Source: Candidatus Limnocylindria bacterium (lineage in GTDB: Bacteria; Chloroflexota; Limnocylindria; QHBO01). Taken from it: a stretch of 64,000 nucleotides of DNA. The translations under genes and the position numbers were made by a program. Under the pieces are notes generated by a model, which did not search any database, was not told where the DNA came from, and worked only from the letters and a program-made list of their open reading frames with translations. Shown here piece by piece: positions 54,659-64,000 of this stretch; position 1 is the stretch's first letter; every line of letters begins with the position of its first letter. The DNA is taken from assembly GCA_046717345.1 (NCBI GenBank), contig JBKJVN010000134.1, positions 3,070 to 67,069 on the forward strand. The letters are read 5' to 3'.

Positions 54659-55927
54659 ATGACCGCCGACCGGCCCACCGACAACGGCGCCCAGCTGTGG
54701 GCGGGCGCCCAGGCCGAGCTCGACGCCGTGGCCGAGCGCCTGGGCCTGGACGACGGGATGCACCGCGTCCTGCGCGTCCCGAAGCGCGAGCTGGAGGTCC
54801 ACTTCCCGGTGCGCTTCGATGATGCCCACGTGGAGGCGGTCACCGGCTGGCGCGTCCACCACAACATCAACCGCGGACCCTCCACCGGTGGCGTGCGCTA
54901 CACCGCCGACCTGACCCTGGACATTGTCCGCGCCAACGCGATGTGGAACACCTGGAAGGCGGCCCTGGTCGAGATCCCGTACGGGGGCGCCTTCGGCGGC
55001 GTGGTGATCAACCCCAAGAAGCTGTCCGCCCACGAGCGGGAGGGCTTGACGCGCCGCTACACGACCGAGATCAGCCCCCTCATCGGTCCCAGCCAGGACA
55101 TCCCCATGCCGGACGTCAACACCGACGAGCAGACCATGGCCTGGATGATGGACACCTTCTCGATGCATCGCGGCTACACGATCCGCGGCGTGGTGACCGG
55201 CAAGCCTCCGTCCATCGGCGGCTCGCGCGGACAGCGGGAGGCCGTCAGCCGCGGGGCGCTGCGGGCGATCCAGGCCGTGGCTGGCCAGCACGCGGTGGCA
55301 CTGGACGGGGCCCGCGTCGTGGTGCAGGGCTTCGGGCGGGTGGGCACCATCCTGGCCGAGATGCTGGCCGCGGCCGGCGCCCGGGTCGTGGCCCTTGCGG
55401 ACGACCGCCACGCGGTCCGGAATGCCAACGGCATCGCCATCGGGTCGGCCGTCGCGCACATGGCCGAGCGGGATACGATCGCTGAGCTGCGGGGTGCCGA
55501 AGCCATGGACCGCCGCGAGGTCTTCGCAGAGCCATGCGAGATCCTCATCAGCGCCGGCCTCTCGCACCAGATCACCCGGGCCAACGCACCCGGGATCCAG
55601 GCCCGGATCGTGGCCGAGGCCGCGAATGGGCCGACCACGCCGGAGGCGGATCGCATCCTGCGCGACAAGGGGGTCATCGTCATCCCCGACATCCTGGGAA
55701 CGGCGGGTGGCTTCGTGGTCGGCTACTTCGAGTGGGTGCAGGACCTGCAGTCCTTCTTCTGGACCGATGCCGAAGTGGCGGCTGAGCTCGACCGCGTGAT
55801 GGATGACGCCGCGCGCGCGGTGATGGCGGCCGCCGAGCAGCACCACGCGGACCTGCGCACGGCCGCCCTGATGGTGGCCGTGGGGCGCACGGCCGACGCG
55901 ACCACCCTCCGCGGCCTCTACCCGTAG
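54659..55927 (+). CDS. Glu/Leu/Phe/Val-dehydrogenase-family paralog with substituted active-site lysines (probable pseudo-enzyme)
   Basis: Full-length GDH fold (422 aa). [10 protein letters not shown] stands in place of GPxKGGxRxH, and [15 protein letters not shown] in place of the catalytic GGGKGG motif. The nucleotide sequence at about 54985-55000 was checked by hand. Confidence 0.75.
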   Translation: MTADRPTDNGAQLWAGAQAELDAVAERLGLDDGMHRVLRVPKRELEVHFPVRFDDAHVEAVTGWRVHHNINRGPSTGGVRYTADLTLDIVRANAMWNTWKAALVEIPYGGAFGGVVINPKKLSAHEREGLTRRYTTEISPLIGPSQDIPMPDVNTDEQTMAWMMDTFSMHRGYTIRGVVTGKPPSIGGSRGQREAVSRGALRAIQAVAGQHAVALDGARVVVQGFGRVGTILAEMLAAAGARVVALADDRHAVRNANGIAIGSAVAHMAERDTIAELRGAEAMDRREVFAEPCEILISAGLSHQITRANAPGIQARIVAEAANGPTTPEADRILRDKGVIVIPDILGTAGGFVVGYFEWVQDLQSFFWTDAEVAAELDRVMDDAARAVMAAAEQHHADLRTAALMVAVGRTADATTLRGLYP

Positions 55928-55985
55928 GGGTGGGTGGCGACGTCGCGGAGTTGCCACTCGAAGAGCCAGCCTCGAAGATGACAGC

Positions 55986-57602
55986 GTGAGCGAAGGACCG
56001 GGCCCCGAGCGCAAGCCACGCTTCACGACCCAGTCGGGGGTCGAGATCAATCGCGTCTACACCGCTGCCGACCTGCCCGATTGGGATCCCGCGCGCGACT
56101 TGGGCGAGCCAGGCCAGCCACCGTTCACACGGGGTATCCACGCCACCGGCCACCGGGGGCGGCTGTGGACGATGCGGATGTTCGCCGGGTTCGGCGCGGC
56201 CGAAGATACGAATGCCCGCTTCCGGCGCCTCATCGCGGAGGGTGGGACCGGTCTATCAATCGCGTACGACATGCCAACCCTGTACGGGTACGACCACGAC
56301 GACCCGCATGCCGCGGGCGAGTTCGGGACCTGCGGCGTGGCGGTCAGCAGCCTGGCCGACATGGAAATCCTGTTGTCGGGGCTGCCGATCGGCGAGATCA
56401 GCACCTCGATGACCATCAACTCGCCGGCGGCCATGATCTGGGCCATGTACCTGGTCGCCGCCGAGAAGGCAGGCGTCCCCCGCGCCGAGCTCACCGGCAC
56501 GCTCCAGAACGACATCCTCAAGGAGTTCATCGCCCAGAAGGAGTACATCTTCCCGCCTGCCCCCTCGCTGCGCCTGGTCACCGACACGGTCGAGTTCGGG
56601 ACCCGCGAGATGCCGCGCTGGAACACGATCAGCATCAGCGGCTATCACATCCGGGAGGCGGGCTCGACGGCGGTCCAGGAGCTGGCGTTCACGATCGCCG
56701 ACGGGATCGCGTACGTGGAGGACGCCCGGGCCCGCGGACTGCGCTTCGACGACTTCGCGCCACGCCTGTCGTTCTTCTTCAACAGCCACAACGACTTCTT
56801 CGAGGAGGTCGCGAAGTTCCGGGCCGCGCGCCGGATGTGGCACCGGTTGTGCGTCGAGCGCTTCGGGGCCGAGAACGAGCGCTCGACCTGGATGCGGTTC
56901 CACACCCAGACCGCGGGCGTGTCGCTGACGGCCCAACAGCCGCTGAACAACCTGACCCGGGTCGCGATCCAGGCCCTGGCCGCGGTCCTGGGTGGCACCC
57001 AGTCGCTGCATACCGATGCGTACGACGAGGCGTGGGCGGTTCCCTCGGAAGCGGCCGCCCTGCTCGCTCTGCGCCAGCAGCAGATCCTGGCCGAGGAGTC
57101 GGGGGTGGCGAACACGGTGGACCCGTTGGGGGGCTCGTACTTCGTGGAGGCACTCACCAACCAGACCGAGGCCGCTGCCTGGGACTACATCCGGCGCATC
57201 GACGAGATGGGCGGCATGCTGCGGGCCGTGGAGGACGGGTTCCCGCAGGCCGAGATCGCGGACGCGGCCTATGTCCAGAGCCGCGCCCTGGAAGACGGGG
57301 AGCACCAGATCGTGGGGGTCACCCGGTACGTCGACCGCGACGAGGAGCTGGGCGTCCCGCTGCTGGAGATCACTCAGGACATGGAGCGGCGCCACCTGGA
57401 CCGGTTGGCGCGGGTCCGGGCCGAGCGTGACGCGGACGCGCATGCGCGGGCCGTGACCCGGTTGCAGGAGGAGGCGGCCCGACCGGCCGTCAATCTCATG
57501 CCGGCCATCGTCGAGGCGGTCGAGGCCTACGCCACCATCGGCGAGATGTGCGGCGTTCTACGCGGTGTCTTCGGGGAGTACCGCGAGCCCCTCGCCGTCT
57601 GA
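55986..57602 (+). CDS. Acyl-CoA mutase large (substrate-binding TIM-barrel) subunit, with isobutyryl-CoA-mutase-like signature residues
   Basis: 538 aa. [12 protein letters not shown] has Phe where MCM has the substrate Tyr. [12 protein letters not shown] has Gln where MCM has Arg. No fused B12 domain. Confidence 0.85.
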   Translation: MSEGPGPERKPRFTTQSGVEINRVYTAADLPDWDPARDLGEPGQPPFTRGIHATGHRGRLWTMRMFAGFGAAEDTNARFRRLIAEGGTGLSIAYDMPTLYGYDHDDPHAAGEFGTCGVAVSSLADMEILLSGLPIGEISTSMTINSPAAMIWAMYLVAAEKAGVPRAELTGTLQNDILKEFIAQKEYIFPPAPSLRLVTDTVEFGTREMPRWNTISISGYHIREAGSTAVQELAFTIADGIAYVEDARARGLRFDDFAPRLSFFFNSHNDFFEEVAKFRAARRMWHRLCVERFGAENERSTWMRFHTQTAGVSLTAQQPLNNLTRVAIQALAAVLGGTQSLHTDAYDEAWAVPSEAAALLALRQQQILAEESGVANTVDPLGGSYFVEALTNQTEAAAWDYIRRIDEMGGMLRAVEDGFPQAEIADAAYVQSRALEDGEHQIVGVTRYVDRDEELGVPLLEITQDMERRHLDRLARVRAERDADAHARAVTRLQEEAARPAVNLMPAIVEAVEAYATIGEMCGVLRGVFGEYREPLAV

Positions 57603-57608
57603 GCGCCG

Positions 57609-58480
57609 TGGACGTTCACCTCGTCGACGCCACCTTCGAGCTGTTCCGCGCCTACCACTCCCGGCCGGCTGAGCGCGGCCCGGATGGCCGCCCGGTCAAC
57701 GCCGTCCGCGGCCTGGTCGACTCCCTGCTCAGCCTGCTGCGCGAGCCGGATGTGACCCACGTCGGTGCCGCCACCGACCACGTCATCGAAAGCTGGCGCA
57801 ATGACGTGTATCCGGGCTACAAATCCAGCGCCGGGGTCCCGCGCGATCTGCTGGCCCAATTCGCCGATGCCGAGCGCGCCATTCGGGCGCTGGGCATCAC
57901 CTGCTGGGCCATGGTCGAGGATGAGGCCGACGACGCCCTGGCCACGGTCACCGCCCGGCTGGCGACCGACCCTGGGGTCGAGCGGATCGTGATCTGCAGC
58001 GTGGACAAGGATCTTGCCCAGTGTGTCCGCGGGGATCGGATCGTCCTCCGCGACCGGATGCGCAAGATCACCTACGACGAGGCGGGGGTGGTCTCCAAGT
58101 TCGGCGTCCGCCCGACCAGCATCCCCGACTACCTGGCCCTCGTCGGCGACAGCTCCGATGGCTATCCGGGCCTCCCCGGTTGGGGCGCCCGGAGCGCGGC
58201 CGCGGTCTTGGCCCGGTGGGAGCACCTGGAGTCCATCCCCGACGATCCGCTGACCTGGGAGGTCGACGTGCGCCGGACGGGACGGTTGGCCGCGACCCTG
58301 CGCCAGCACCGGGACGATGCCCTCCTATACCGCCGGCTGGCCATCCTGGGCACCGATTCGGATGCTCCCGGCACGCTGGCCGACCTCGCTTGGCGCGGCG
58401 TGCCGCGCGAGCCATTCCTGGCCCTGTGCGCGGAGTTCGGCTTCGAGTCGGTTCCGGGGCGCGTCCACCGCTGGGCCTGA
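57609..58480 (+). CDS. 5'-3' exonuclease (FEN / Pol I N-terminal-domain-like)
   Basis: GTG start 6 nt after the mutase stop. Conserved acidic clusters (DATFELFRAYH, DEADD, SVDKDL, GDSSDGYPGLPG H3TH). Confidence 0.7.
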
Positions 58481-58563
58481 TCGGATCGGTACCCTCGCCG
58501 CCTCAGAGCCCGGACCTTTGACCCGGCTGACCCCGGCGCTGCCCGCCGATACCGTGGGAGGCG

Positions 58564-59691
58564 ATGCTGCGCCGTGCTTTGGCGGCGTCGCTGCTGGCCG
58601 CGGCCACCCTCCTGGGCAGCGGGTTCCCGGGGCAGATCGCTCCTGCGACCGCATCCTCGTGCAGTGGTTGGACCAGCCAAGCGACCCCGCCCCCCACCAT
58701 CCGTGTGTTTCGGGCTGCCACCGGAGCGGTCGACACGGTCGACTTCAAGGTCTACACCAAGAACGTCCTGAGCCGCGAGTGGATCGGTTGGTGGACGACC
58801 GAGTCGCTGCGCTCCGGCGGGGTGGCGGTGAAGATGTACGCCTGGTACCACGTTCTCCATTGGCGCGGTCTGACCAACGCCGAGGGCGCCTGCTTCGACG
58901 TCTACGACGACACCCGGGACCAGGTCTACAACCCGGCCCAGCCCACGTGGACCAGCGCCGCGGCGGCGGTCGACGCCACCTGGGGCACCCGGGCCCTGAA
59001 GGACGGAAGCATCTACCCGACCTACTACAACGCCGGCGCGGCGAATGAGGCCTGCGGCGCCAACGCCAACGGCTGGCGGATGTACCAGTGGGGCACCCAG
59101 GCCTGCGGCCTGGCCGGCCTGAGCGCGGCCCAGATCCTGCTCACGTACTACTACCCCAACTGGACGGTGACCGATGCCCCGCCACCGCCGCCCGCGCCAA
59201 CGCCGGTACCCACACCCGTCCCGACCCCCTCCCCGCCCGCGCCACCGACCCCGTCCCCCGTGCCAAGCCTGCCACCCGCCGGGCCGCCGGCCCCCACGGC
59301 CACCCCTCAGCCCACGCCCCAGCCCACCCCCGCACCCACGGCCGCGCCGACTCCGGCCCCGACCCCGGGTGGCAACCCCGGCGGCGGGCAATCGGGCATC
59401 GTCGGTCAGTCCACTCCCCCGCCACCGCCGGCGGCCAACCCGGGGGAGGTGACGGTCGCGGTCGCTGCCTCAGCCGCACCCAGCCAGGGAGCATCCCGGC
59501 CGGCGCCATGGCTCCGCCGGCCGGCCTCGCCAGGTCCGGCGGCGACCCACGAGTCTCCGATGTTCCGCGCCCTGGCGGCGGCGGCGATTCGCGACCTGGC
59601 CGTCCGGCTGGCCATCCCGTTGTTCGTCGGGCGTTCCGACCCGGGAATGGCCGCGCCACCGGTGGAGCTTCCGGCCGTCATCGGTCGCTAG
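58564..59691 (+). CDS. Secreted SpoIID/LytB-domain protein with a Pro/Thr-rich linker
   Basis: Signal peptide. ..GGVAVKMYAWYHVLHW...ACFDVYDDTRDQVYNPA.. fits the SpoIID/LytB core. PT-rich linker. Confidence 0.5.
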   Translation: MLRRALAASLLAAATLLGSGFPGQIAPATASSCSGWTSQATPPPTIRVFRAATGAVDTVDFKVYTKNVLSREWIGWWTTESLRSGGVAVKMYAWYHVLHWRGLTNAEGACFDVYDDTRDQVYNPAQPTWTSAAAAVDATWGTRALKDGSIYPTYYNAGAANEACGANANGWRMYQWGTQACGLAGLSAAQILLTYYYPNWTVTDAPPPPPAPTPVPTPVPTPSPPAPPTPSPVPSLPPAGPPAPTATPQPTPQPTPAPTAAPTPAPTPGGNPGGGQSGIVGQSTPPPPPAANPGEVTVAVAASAAPSQGASRPAPWLRRPASPGPAATHESPMFRALAAAAIRDLAVRLAIPLFVGRSDPGMAAPPVELPAVIGR

Positions 59692-59706
59692 GCCGAACGC
59701 GCCCGC

Positions 59707-60666
59707 CTACCCCGCTGCCCGGGCCTCCCGCCACGCGGTCACCGCCAGGTCGGCGGTGGCCAGGTCCTGGATCGCCAGTCCCACGCTCTTGAAGATGGTG
59801 ATGGCCGCCGGGTCACGGCTCGCGGCCCAGCCGGGCGCCAGGCTCCCGATCTCGACGTACGCGTCGGCGTCCAGCTGGCCGGCGGCAACCGCGGCGGCCA
59901 GGTCGCCCGCCTCGGCGGCGGCCGCAGCGCGCGAGTCCACGGCCACCAGCGCGGCGCGGCCAAAGGCCTCGGGCGGGACTTCGACCATCCCCATCCGGAA
60001 CGACCCGATGGCGTTGACATGGGCACCTGGCTCCAGCCACGCGGCTTCGAACACCGGCGTCTGGGACGGTGTGACGCAGCACACGATGTCGGCGCCACGG
60101 ACCGCCGCCTCGGGCGAGTCCACCGCCCGCACCGTGGCGGGCACCTGCGCATCCATCGACGCCGCGAACGCCTCTCGGGGCGCCGGAGTGCGGGAATAGA
60201 CGCGGACCTCGCGGATCGGCCGCGCGGCGAGCACGGCCCTGATCTGCCACTCGGCCTGCACCCCGGCGCCGAACAGGGCCATCACGGTGGCGTCGGAACG
60301 GGCCATGAGCCGCGCGCCGACCCCGGACGCGGCGCCGGTCCGCATGGCCGTCACGGTCGGTGCGTCGAGCTGGAACGCAGGTTCGCCGGTTTGGGCGTCG
60401 AACCAGGTCACGATGCCCTGGATGGTGGGCAGACCCCGCTCCGGGTTGCCCGGGACCCAGCTGATGAGCTTGACGGCGGCCCCGGACCCACCCTCGCGCA
60501 CGGCGGGCATGAGAACCAGCAACCCGCCACCACCGAGCTCGACGTGGTGACGCAACGGGGAGCGGTCCCGGCCGGCCGCCACGTCACGGTACGCGGCATC
60601 GACCGCGTCGAGCAGGCGCTCGATGGGAACCAGCGAGCGCAGGCTGGCGGCGTCAATCAGCTCCAT
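59707..60666 (-). CDS. Ornithine cyclodeaminase / mu-crystallin family protein
   Basis: 319 aa. Rossmann ALFGAGVQAE and OCD-family conserved blocks. Confidence 0.7.
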   Translation of the reverse strand: MELIDAASLRSLVPIERLLDAVDAAYRDVAAGRDRSPLRHHVELGGGGLLVLMPAVREGGSGAAVKLISWVPGNPERGLPTIQGIVTWFDAQTGEPAFQLDAPTVTAMRTGAASGVGARLMARSDATVMALFGAGVQAEWQIRAVLAARPIREVRVYSRTPAPREAFAASMDAQVPATVRAVDSPEAAVRGADIVCCVTPSQTPVFEAAWLEPGAHVNAIGSFRMGMVEVPPEAFGRAALVAVDSRAAAAAEAGDLAAAVAAGQLDADAYVEIGSLAPGWAASRDPAAITIFKSVGLAIQDLATADLAVTAWREARAAG

Positions 60667-60713
60667 CGGCCCCGGAGTCTACCCGCCCCCGGTGCGCTAG
60701 CATCGGTCCGCCC

Positions 60714-61163
60714 ATGAGCCCCGTCCCGCTGATCATCGCCCACGTCAGCCTGGCCATCCTGCTCCTGCTGCCGAACCTGCTGGCACCGTTCGTCCTGCGC
60801 CGTGACTCCGCGACCCGAGGCCAGGGCCGCCTGGCTCGACTGGTGCTCACGCTCCAGGGTCCGGGCTCGTTCTGGATCGGGCTCGGCGTGGCCATCACCG
60901 GGATCGGGCTGCTGGTGGTCATCGGCCTGGAGCTGCTGACCCAGCCCTGGCTGTTGGTGGCGCTCGGCCTGTATGGCGCCAACCTGGTCGTCGCGGCGGT
61001 CGTGGCGCGGCCAAACCTGCGGCGGTTGCTCGGCCTATCGGGGGCGCTGGACCAGGAGACCTGGGCCCGCCTGGCGCGACGGCAGCGCTACTTAGCGTAC
61101 GGGATGGCGGGTGCCATCGGCGTCATCGGGCTGTTGATGATGACCAAGCCCCAGCTGTGGTGA
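60714..61163 (+). CDS. Hypothetical 4-TM membrane protein (DUF2269-like)
   Basis: ORF translation. Confidence 0.45.
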   Translation: MSPVPLIIAHVSLAILLLLPNLLAPFVLRRDSATRGQGRLARLVLTLQGPGSFWIGLGVAITGIGLLVVIGLELLTQPWLLVALGLYGANLVVAAVVARPNLRRLLGLSGALDQETWARLARRQRYLAYGMAGAIGVIGLLMMTKPQLW

Positions 61164-61181
61164 GTCTGCCGGGACCGTCGG

Positions 61182-61291
61182 TCAGAAGAGTCGATCGAGC
61201 GGATTCGGCGTGCCCAGCACAAATGATGCCCCGACGATGATGACGAGCAGGGCGACTGCAAAGACGCCCAGCCACTTCAAGACTTCCCACA
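61182..61291 (-). CDS. Possible 36-aa single-TM small protein (MWEVLKWLGVFAVALLVIIVGASFVLGTPNPLDRLF)
   Basis: Short ORF with a hydrophobic core. No clear SD. Confidence 0.2.
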
Positions 61292-61321
61292 TGGTCCACG
61301 GATTCTAGGGCCGCGGCGCAA

Positions 61322-62587
61322 GTGCCCCCTCCGCGCCAGCTCAACCTGCGCCTGTACGACACCCGTCGGGCCGGAGTCTTGCCACTCGAGCCGATTGGCG
61401 ACGGACCCCTCGGGCTGTACGTGTGCGGCATCACCCCGTACGACACGACCCACCTGGGCCATGCCTTCACCTACCTGGCGTTCGACGTCCTGCACCGGTA
61501 CCTGGAGTACCTCGGCCACCCGGTCCGCTACGTCCAGAACCTGACCGATGTCGACGACGACATGCTCCGCCACGCCCGCGATCAGGGCGAGGACTACCTG
61601 GCCATGGGCCGCCGGCACACGGACCGCTTCCGAGCCGACATGGCGGCCCTGAACTGGCTCGCGCCGAGCGCATACCCGCGCGCCACGGAGCACATCCCGA
61701 ACATGGTGGCGATGATCGAGCCGCTGCTGGCGGCCGGCCTCGCGTATCGGGCAGGCCAACACGTGTTCCTGTCGGTGGCCGCCGACCCGGAGTTCGGGTC
61801 GCTGGCTCACGTGCCGGCGGCGGATCGCCTGGCGCTGGCCAATGAGCGCGGCAACGATCCGGACCTGCCCGGCAAGCGCGACCCGCTGGACCCGGTGCTG
61901 TGGCAGCCGTCGCTCCCCGACGAGCCAGCCTGGCCCTCCCCCTGGGGCGGCGGGCGGCCGGGTTGGCACATCGAGTGCTCCGCCATGAGCGTGACCCACC
62001 TCGGACCCCGGTTCGAGATCCACGGCGGGGGGCGGGACCTCGCCTTCCCTCACCACGAGACCGAACGCACGCAGTCGGAGGGCGCGACCGGCATCCGGCC
62101 CGTGGTCCGTCACTGGGTCCACACCGGCATGGTCCACTACGCCGATGAGAAGATGAGCAAGTCGGTGGGCAACCTGGTCATGATCCGAGACCTGCTCGAG
62201 CGCTGGCCGGCGGATGCGATCCGGCTGGCGCTCACCCGCCGTCACTACCGCGCTGATCTGAGCTGGACCGATGGGTTGGCGGCGGAGGCCCAACTGACGG
62301 TGCGGCGCTGGGCGCAAGCGGCAGCGGTTGCGCCGGGGGCGCCGGCGACCCCGACGGTGACGGGCGACCGGATGCAGGTTCCCGAAGGGGTGGCCGCGCT
62401 GCGAGAGAGCGCTTTGGCTGCCCTGGACGATGACCTCGACACACCTCTCGTCGTGACCACCCTTGATCAGCTGGCCGGGCTGGCGCTCGGATCGGACCGG
62501 GGCCCGGCCGATCAGGAAGCCGCTGGAGCGGTCCTGCGCGATCTTGCGACCCGGATCCTGGGCCTGCGCCTGGAGCCGGCCGCATGA
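61322..62587 (+). CDS. mshC: L-cysteine:1D-myo-inositol 2-amino-2-deoxy-alpha-D-glucopyranoside ligase (mycothiol ligase)
   Basis: 421 aa, CysRS-like catalytic domain (CGITPYDTTHLGHA, KMSKSVGN) without an anticodon-binding domain. LRLYDTRR...YVQNLTDVDD and ..HYRADLSW.. closely follow MshC. Confidence 0.8.
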   Translation: MPPPRQLNLRLYDTRRAGVLPLEPIGDGPLGLYVCGITPYDTTHLGHAFTYLAFDVLHRYLEYLGHPVRYVQNLTDVDDDMLRHARDQGEDYLAMGRRHTDRFRADMAALNWLAPSAYPRATEHIPNMVAMIEPLLAAGLAYRAGQHVFLSVAADPEFGSLAHVPAADRLALANERGNDPDLPGKRDPLDPVLWQPSLPDEPAWPSPWGGGRPGWHIECSAMSVTHLGPRFEIHGGGRDLAFPHHETERTQSEGATGIRPVVRHWVHTGMVHYADEKMSKSVGNLVMIRDLLERWPADAIRLALTRRHYRADLSWTDGLAAEAQLTVRRWAQAAAVAPGAPATPTVTGDRMQVPEGVAALRESALAALDDDLDTPLVVTTLDQLAGLALGSDRGPADQEAAGAVLRDLATRILGLRLEPAA

Positions 62588-63093
62588 CGGCCTCGCCTCA
62601 CATCCCGCCCAGCGTCCAGTTGGGGGAGGTCGTCCCGCCCGAGGACCCGGAGGACTGGCGTCGGCCGCTCACCTGGGTCGTGGCCGGCGGCATGCTGGCC
62701 GCGCCGGCGGTGGCCGCCGGGTGGTTCATCGCCGCCCCGCCGACCGATCCGTATGCGGCGATTCCCGGCATTTCAGCCCTCGCGGCCACGCTGGCCGCCG
62801 GCGCGGCCGTCACCGGAGCCAGCCAGCGGGGAGGCTGGAGGGCGGTGCTGGTGACCCTGGGAGCCGGTCTCTTCGGTGCCCTGGGCGTGGTGGCCCTTGG
62901 CACCATCCTCGCCGACGGGTCCGCACTCGGTAGCGCGGCGGCGGCTTCGGCAGCCGGGACGGGAGGCGCCCTGGCCGCGGCGGCGCTGGCCGGCCTCCTC
63001 GCGACGGCCGGGCGGCTGCGGCGCTACCTGTCTCCGGCTATGGCGGGCGGGTTCGCCGCCGTCCTGCTGACGGAGCTCCTGTTCAGCCTGTGA
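62584..63093 (+). CDS. Hypothetical membrane protein
   Basis: ATGA overlap with mshC. Ala/Gly-rich TM helices. Confidence 0.4.
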   Translation: MTASPHIPPSVQLGEVVPPEDPEDWRRPLTWVVAGGMLAAPAVAAGWFIAAPPTDPYAAIPGISALAATLAAGAAVTGASQRGGWRAVLVTLGAGLFGALGVVALGTILADGSALGSAAAASAAGTGGALAAAALAGLLATAGRLRRYLSPAMAGGFAAVLLTELLFSL

Positions 63094-63136
63094 GAGGGCC
63101 CTCCACCGGGGCGCCGCCGGGCGGCGGGGGCATCGG

Positions 63137-63703
63137 TCAGCCGGAAGGCGACGGCGGGACGGGCGGCGACTTCCGCGCCAGCCGTTGGGCCAACCCGCCA
63201 ACGGTCAACGCCAGGCCCAGGCCGATGATCGCCAGCGCCCCGATCAGGCGGAATGCCTCACCGCCAAAGGCGGTCGCCAGGGCCATGTAGGCGACCACAC
63301 CGGCAATCGCCACCGCGGCGCCGATCCATTTGAAGGCCGGCGCATCGGCCAGCCAGCCGGCGGCATACAGGCCCAGGCCCAGGCTGAAGGGAACCACCGT
63401 CCACAGCGTGGCCCAATCCGACCATCGGTCGGTCAGGCTGGTGTACAGGAGTGCCAGACCCACCAGCAGCAGCAGGACGCCGGGGATCACCATGCCGGCC
63501 CGGAGCCGGCGCGACAACCGCGAGAACAGGATGGGGATCAGGAAGAACAGCGACAGGAACACGAGGAACAGCGGCCACCAGGCCAGCAGGTCGGCATCCA
63601 GGCCGTGGGAAGCGAACCAGTCGCCGATCCAGGTCGAGCTCAGCACGATGATCCCGATCACGAGCAGCATCAGGCCCACCGTCAGCTCCAGGGTCCGGCT
63701 CAC
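63137..63703 (-). CDS. Hypothetical polytopic membrane protein
   Basis: 188 aa, 5-6 TM helices. Confidence 0.45.
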   Translation of the reverse strand: MSRTLELTVGLMLLVIGIIVLSSTWIGDWFASHGLDADLLAWWPLFLVFLSLFFLIPILFSRLSRRLRAGMVIPGVLLLLVGLALLYTSLTDRWSDWATLWTVVPFSLGLGLYAAGWLADAPAFKWIGAAVAIAGVVAYMALATAFGGEAFRLIGALAIIGLGLALTVGGLAQRLARKSPPVPPSPSG

Positions 63704-63803
63704 GGGGCGGAGTATGCGGCCGATACCCTGCGGTCGCCAACCACGGGGCCGGCGATACGCGGGCAGTCACGGCGCGATAGGGGCCGCCCGGGACCATACG
63801 CGC

Positions 63804-64000
63804 ATGGACGATCAGCGGTTGGGCGCGGCGATTCGAAGCCTCCGTCACGCCCGGGGCTGGCGCCAGGCGGACATCGCGCGCCGCGCCGGCGTCAGCCGGA
63901 CCTCCGTCTGGCTCGTCGAGCGCGGCCAAGCCGAGCGACTGACGATTCGCACCGTTAGGCGAGTAGCGTCAGCGGCAGGACTTTTCCTAGGCTGGGACAC
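63804..64000 (+). CDS. XRE-family HTH regulator (3'-truncated by the window edge)
   Basis: MDDQRLGAAIRSLRHARGWRQADIARRAGVSRTSVWLVERGQ is the XRE HTH. Confidence 0.5.
   Translation, partial: MDDQRLGAAIRSLRHARGWRQADIARRAGVSRTSVWLVERGQAERLTIRTVRRVASAAGLFLGWD

Noticed and set aside
52778-56050. 1090-aa minus-strand ORF
   Set aside because: Only the 3' 321 codons (52778-53743) are a real PTER-like gene. The rest is open antisense frame across the plus-strand GDH paralog and membrane protein, which is typical of 70% GC DNA.
59160-59460. Pro/Thr/Ala-rich nucleotide repetition
   Set aside because: This is a coding PT-linker within the SpoIID/LytB-domain protein, not a DNA repeat element or CRISPR array.
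1-64000. CRISPR arrays, rRNA genes, IS/transposase genes
   Set aside because: I found no regularly spaced short direct repeats, no rRNA-like sequence and no transposase-like ORFs on either strand. The only mobile DNA seen is the integrase-borne island.

Overview
High-GC (about 70%) chromosomal window, very likely from an Actinomycetota genome, because it carries a mycothiol ligase mshC homolog. Most of the window is housekeeping. The 5' end holds a glycosylation module: PMT-like GT-C (5'-truncated), wecB, a GT2 and an MprF-like flippase-domain protein. Further along are aroE, tdk, a BNR-repeat secreted protein, tRNA-Ser(TGA), translationally coupled lysK(class I)-serS, greA, uppP, an H+-pyrophosphatase, lepB, ndk, an M16 peptidase, the coaX-coaBC-panC operon, gdhA, and a thiolase/fadD/hbd/meaB/B12-subunit cluster. 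Then come folE plus a pterin dehydratase, two large GT-C-like membrane proteins, an opuC-type ABC transporter, a DUF1684/Zn-ribbon/TPM-DUF2207 operon, dodecin, a PTER-like hydrolase, a second GDH paralog, an acyl-CoA mutase large subunit with ICM-like signature residues, a 5'-3' exonuclease, a SpoIID/LytB-domain protein, an ornithine cyclodeaminase homolog and mshC. The main accessory feature is an integrated element of about 10 kb at 4324-14368. It is bounded by a 66-bp direct repeat that duplicates the 3' half of an intact tRNA-Arg gene. It carries a tyrosine integrase, an excisionase-like HTH protein and an XRE regulator. It also carries a DUF3631-type P-loop replication protein and a lone P27-family terminase small subunit. 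It has no large terminase, portal, capsid or conjugation genes, so it looks like a phage-satellite (PICI-like) hijacker rather than a prophage or AICE. Its distal cargo includes a HEPN-like/partner pair, an HExxH metallopeptidase-like protein, a lipoprotein and several small ORFs. Three of those small ORFs share a near-identical 20-nt translation-start cassette. The second finding is the GDH paralog at 54659-55927. Two of the canonical lysines (GPxKGG and GGGKGG) are replaced, so it is probably a catalytically dead pseudo-enzyme next to the acyl-CoA mutase large subunit. All calls are from reading the sequence and ORF translations only. Coordinates are approximate to within a few nt where starts were re-chosen by hand.
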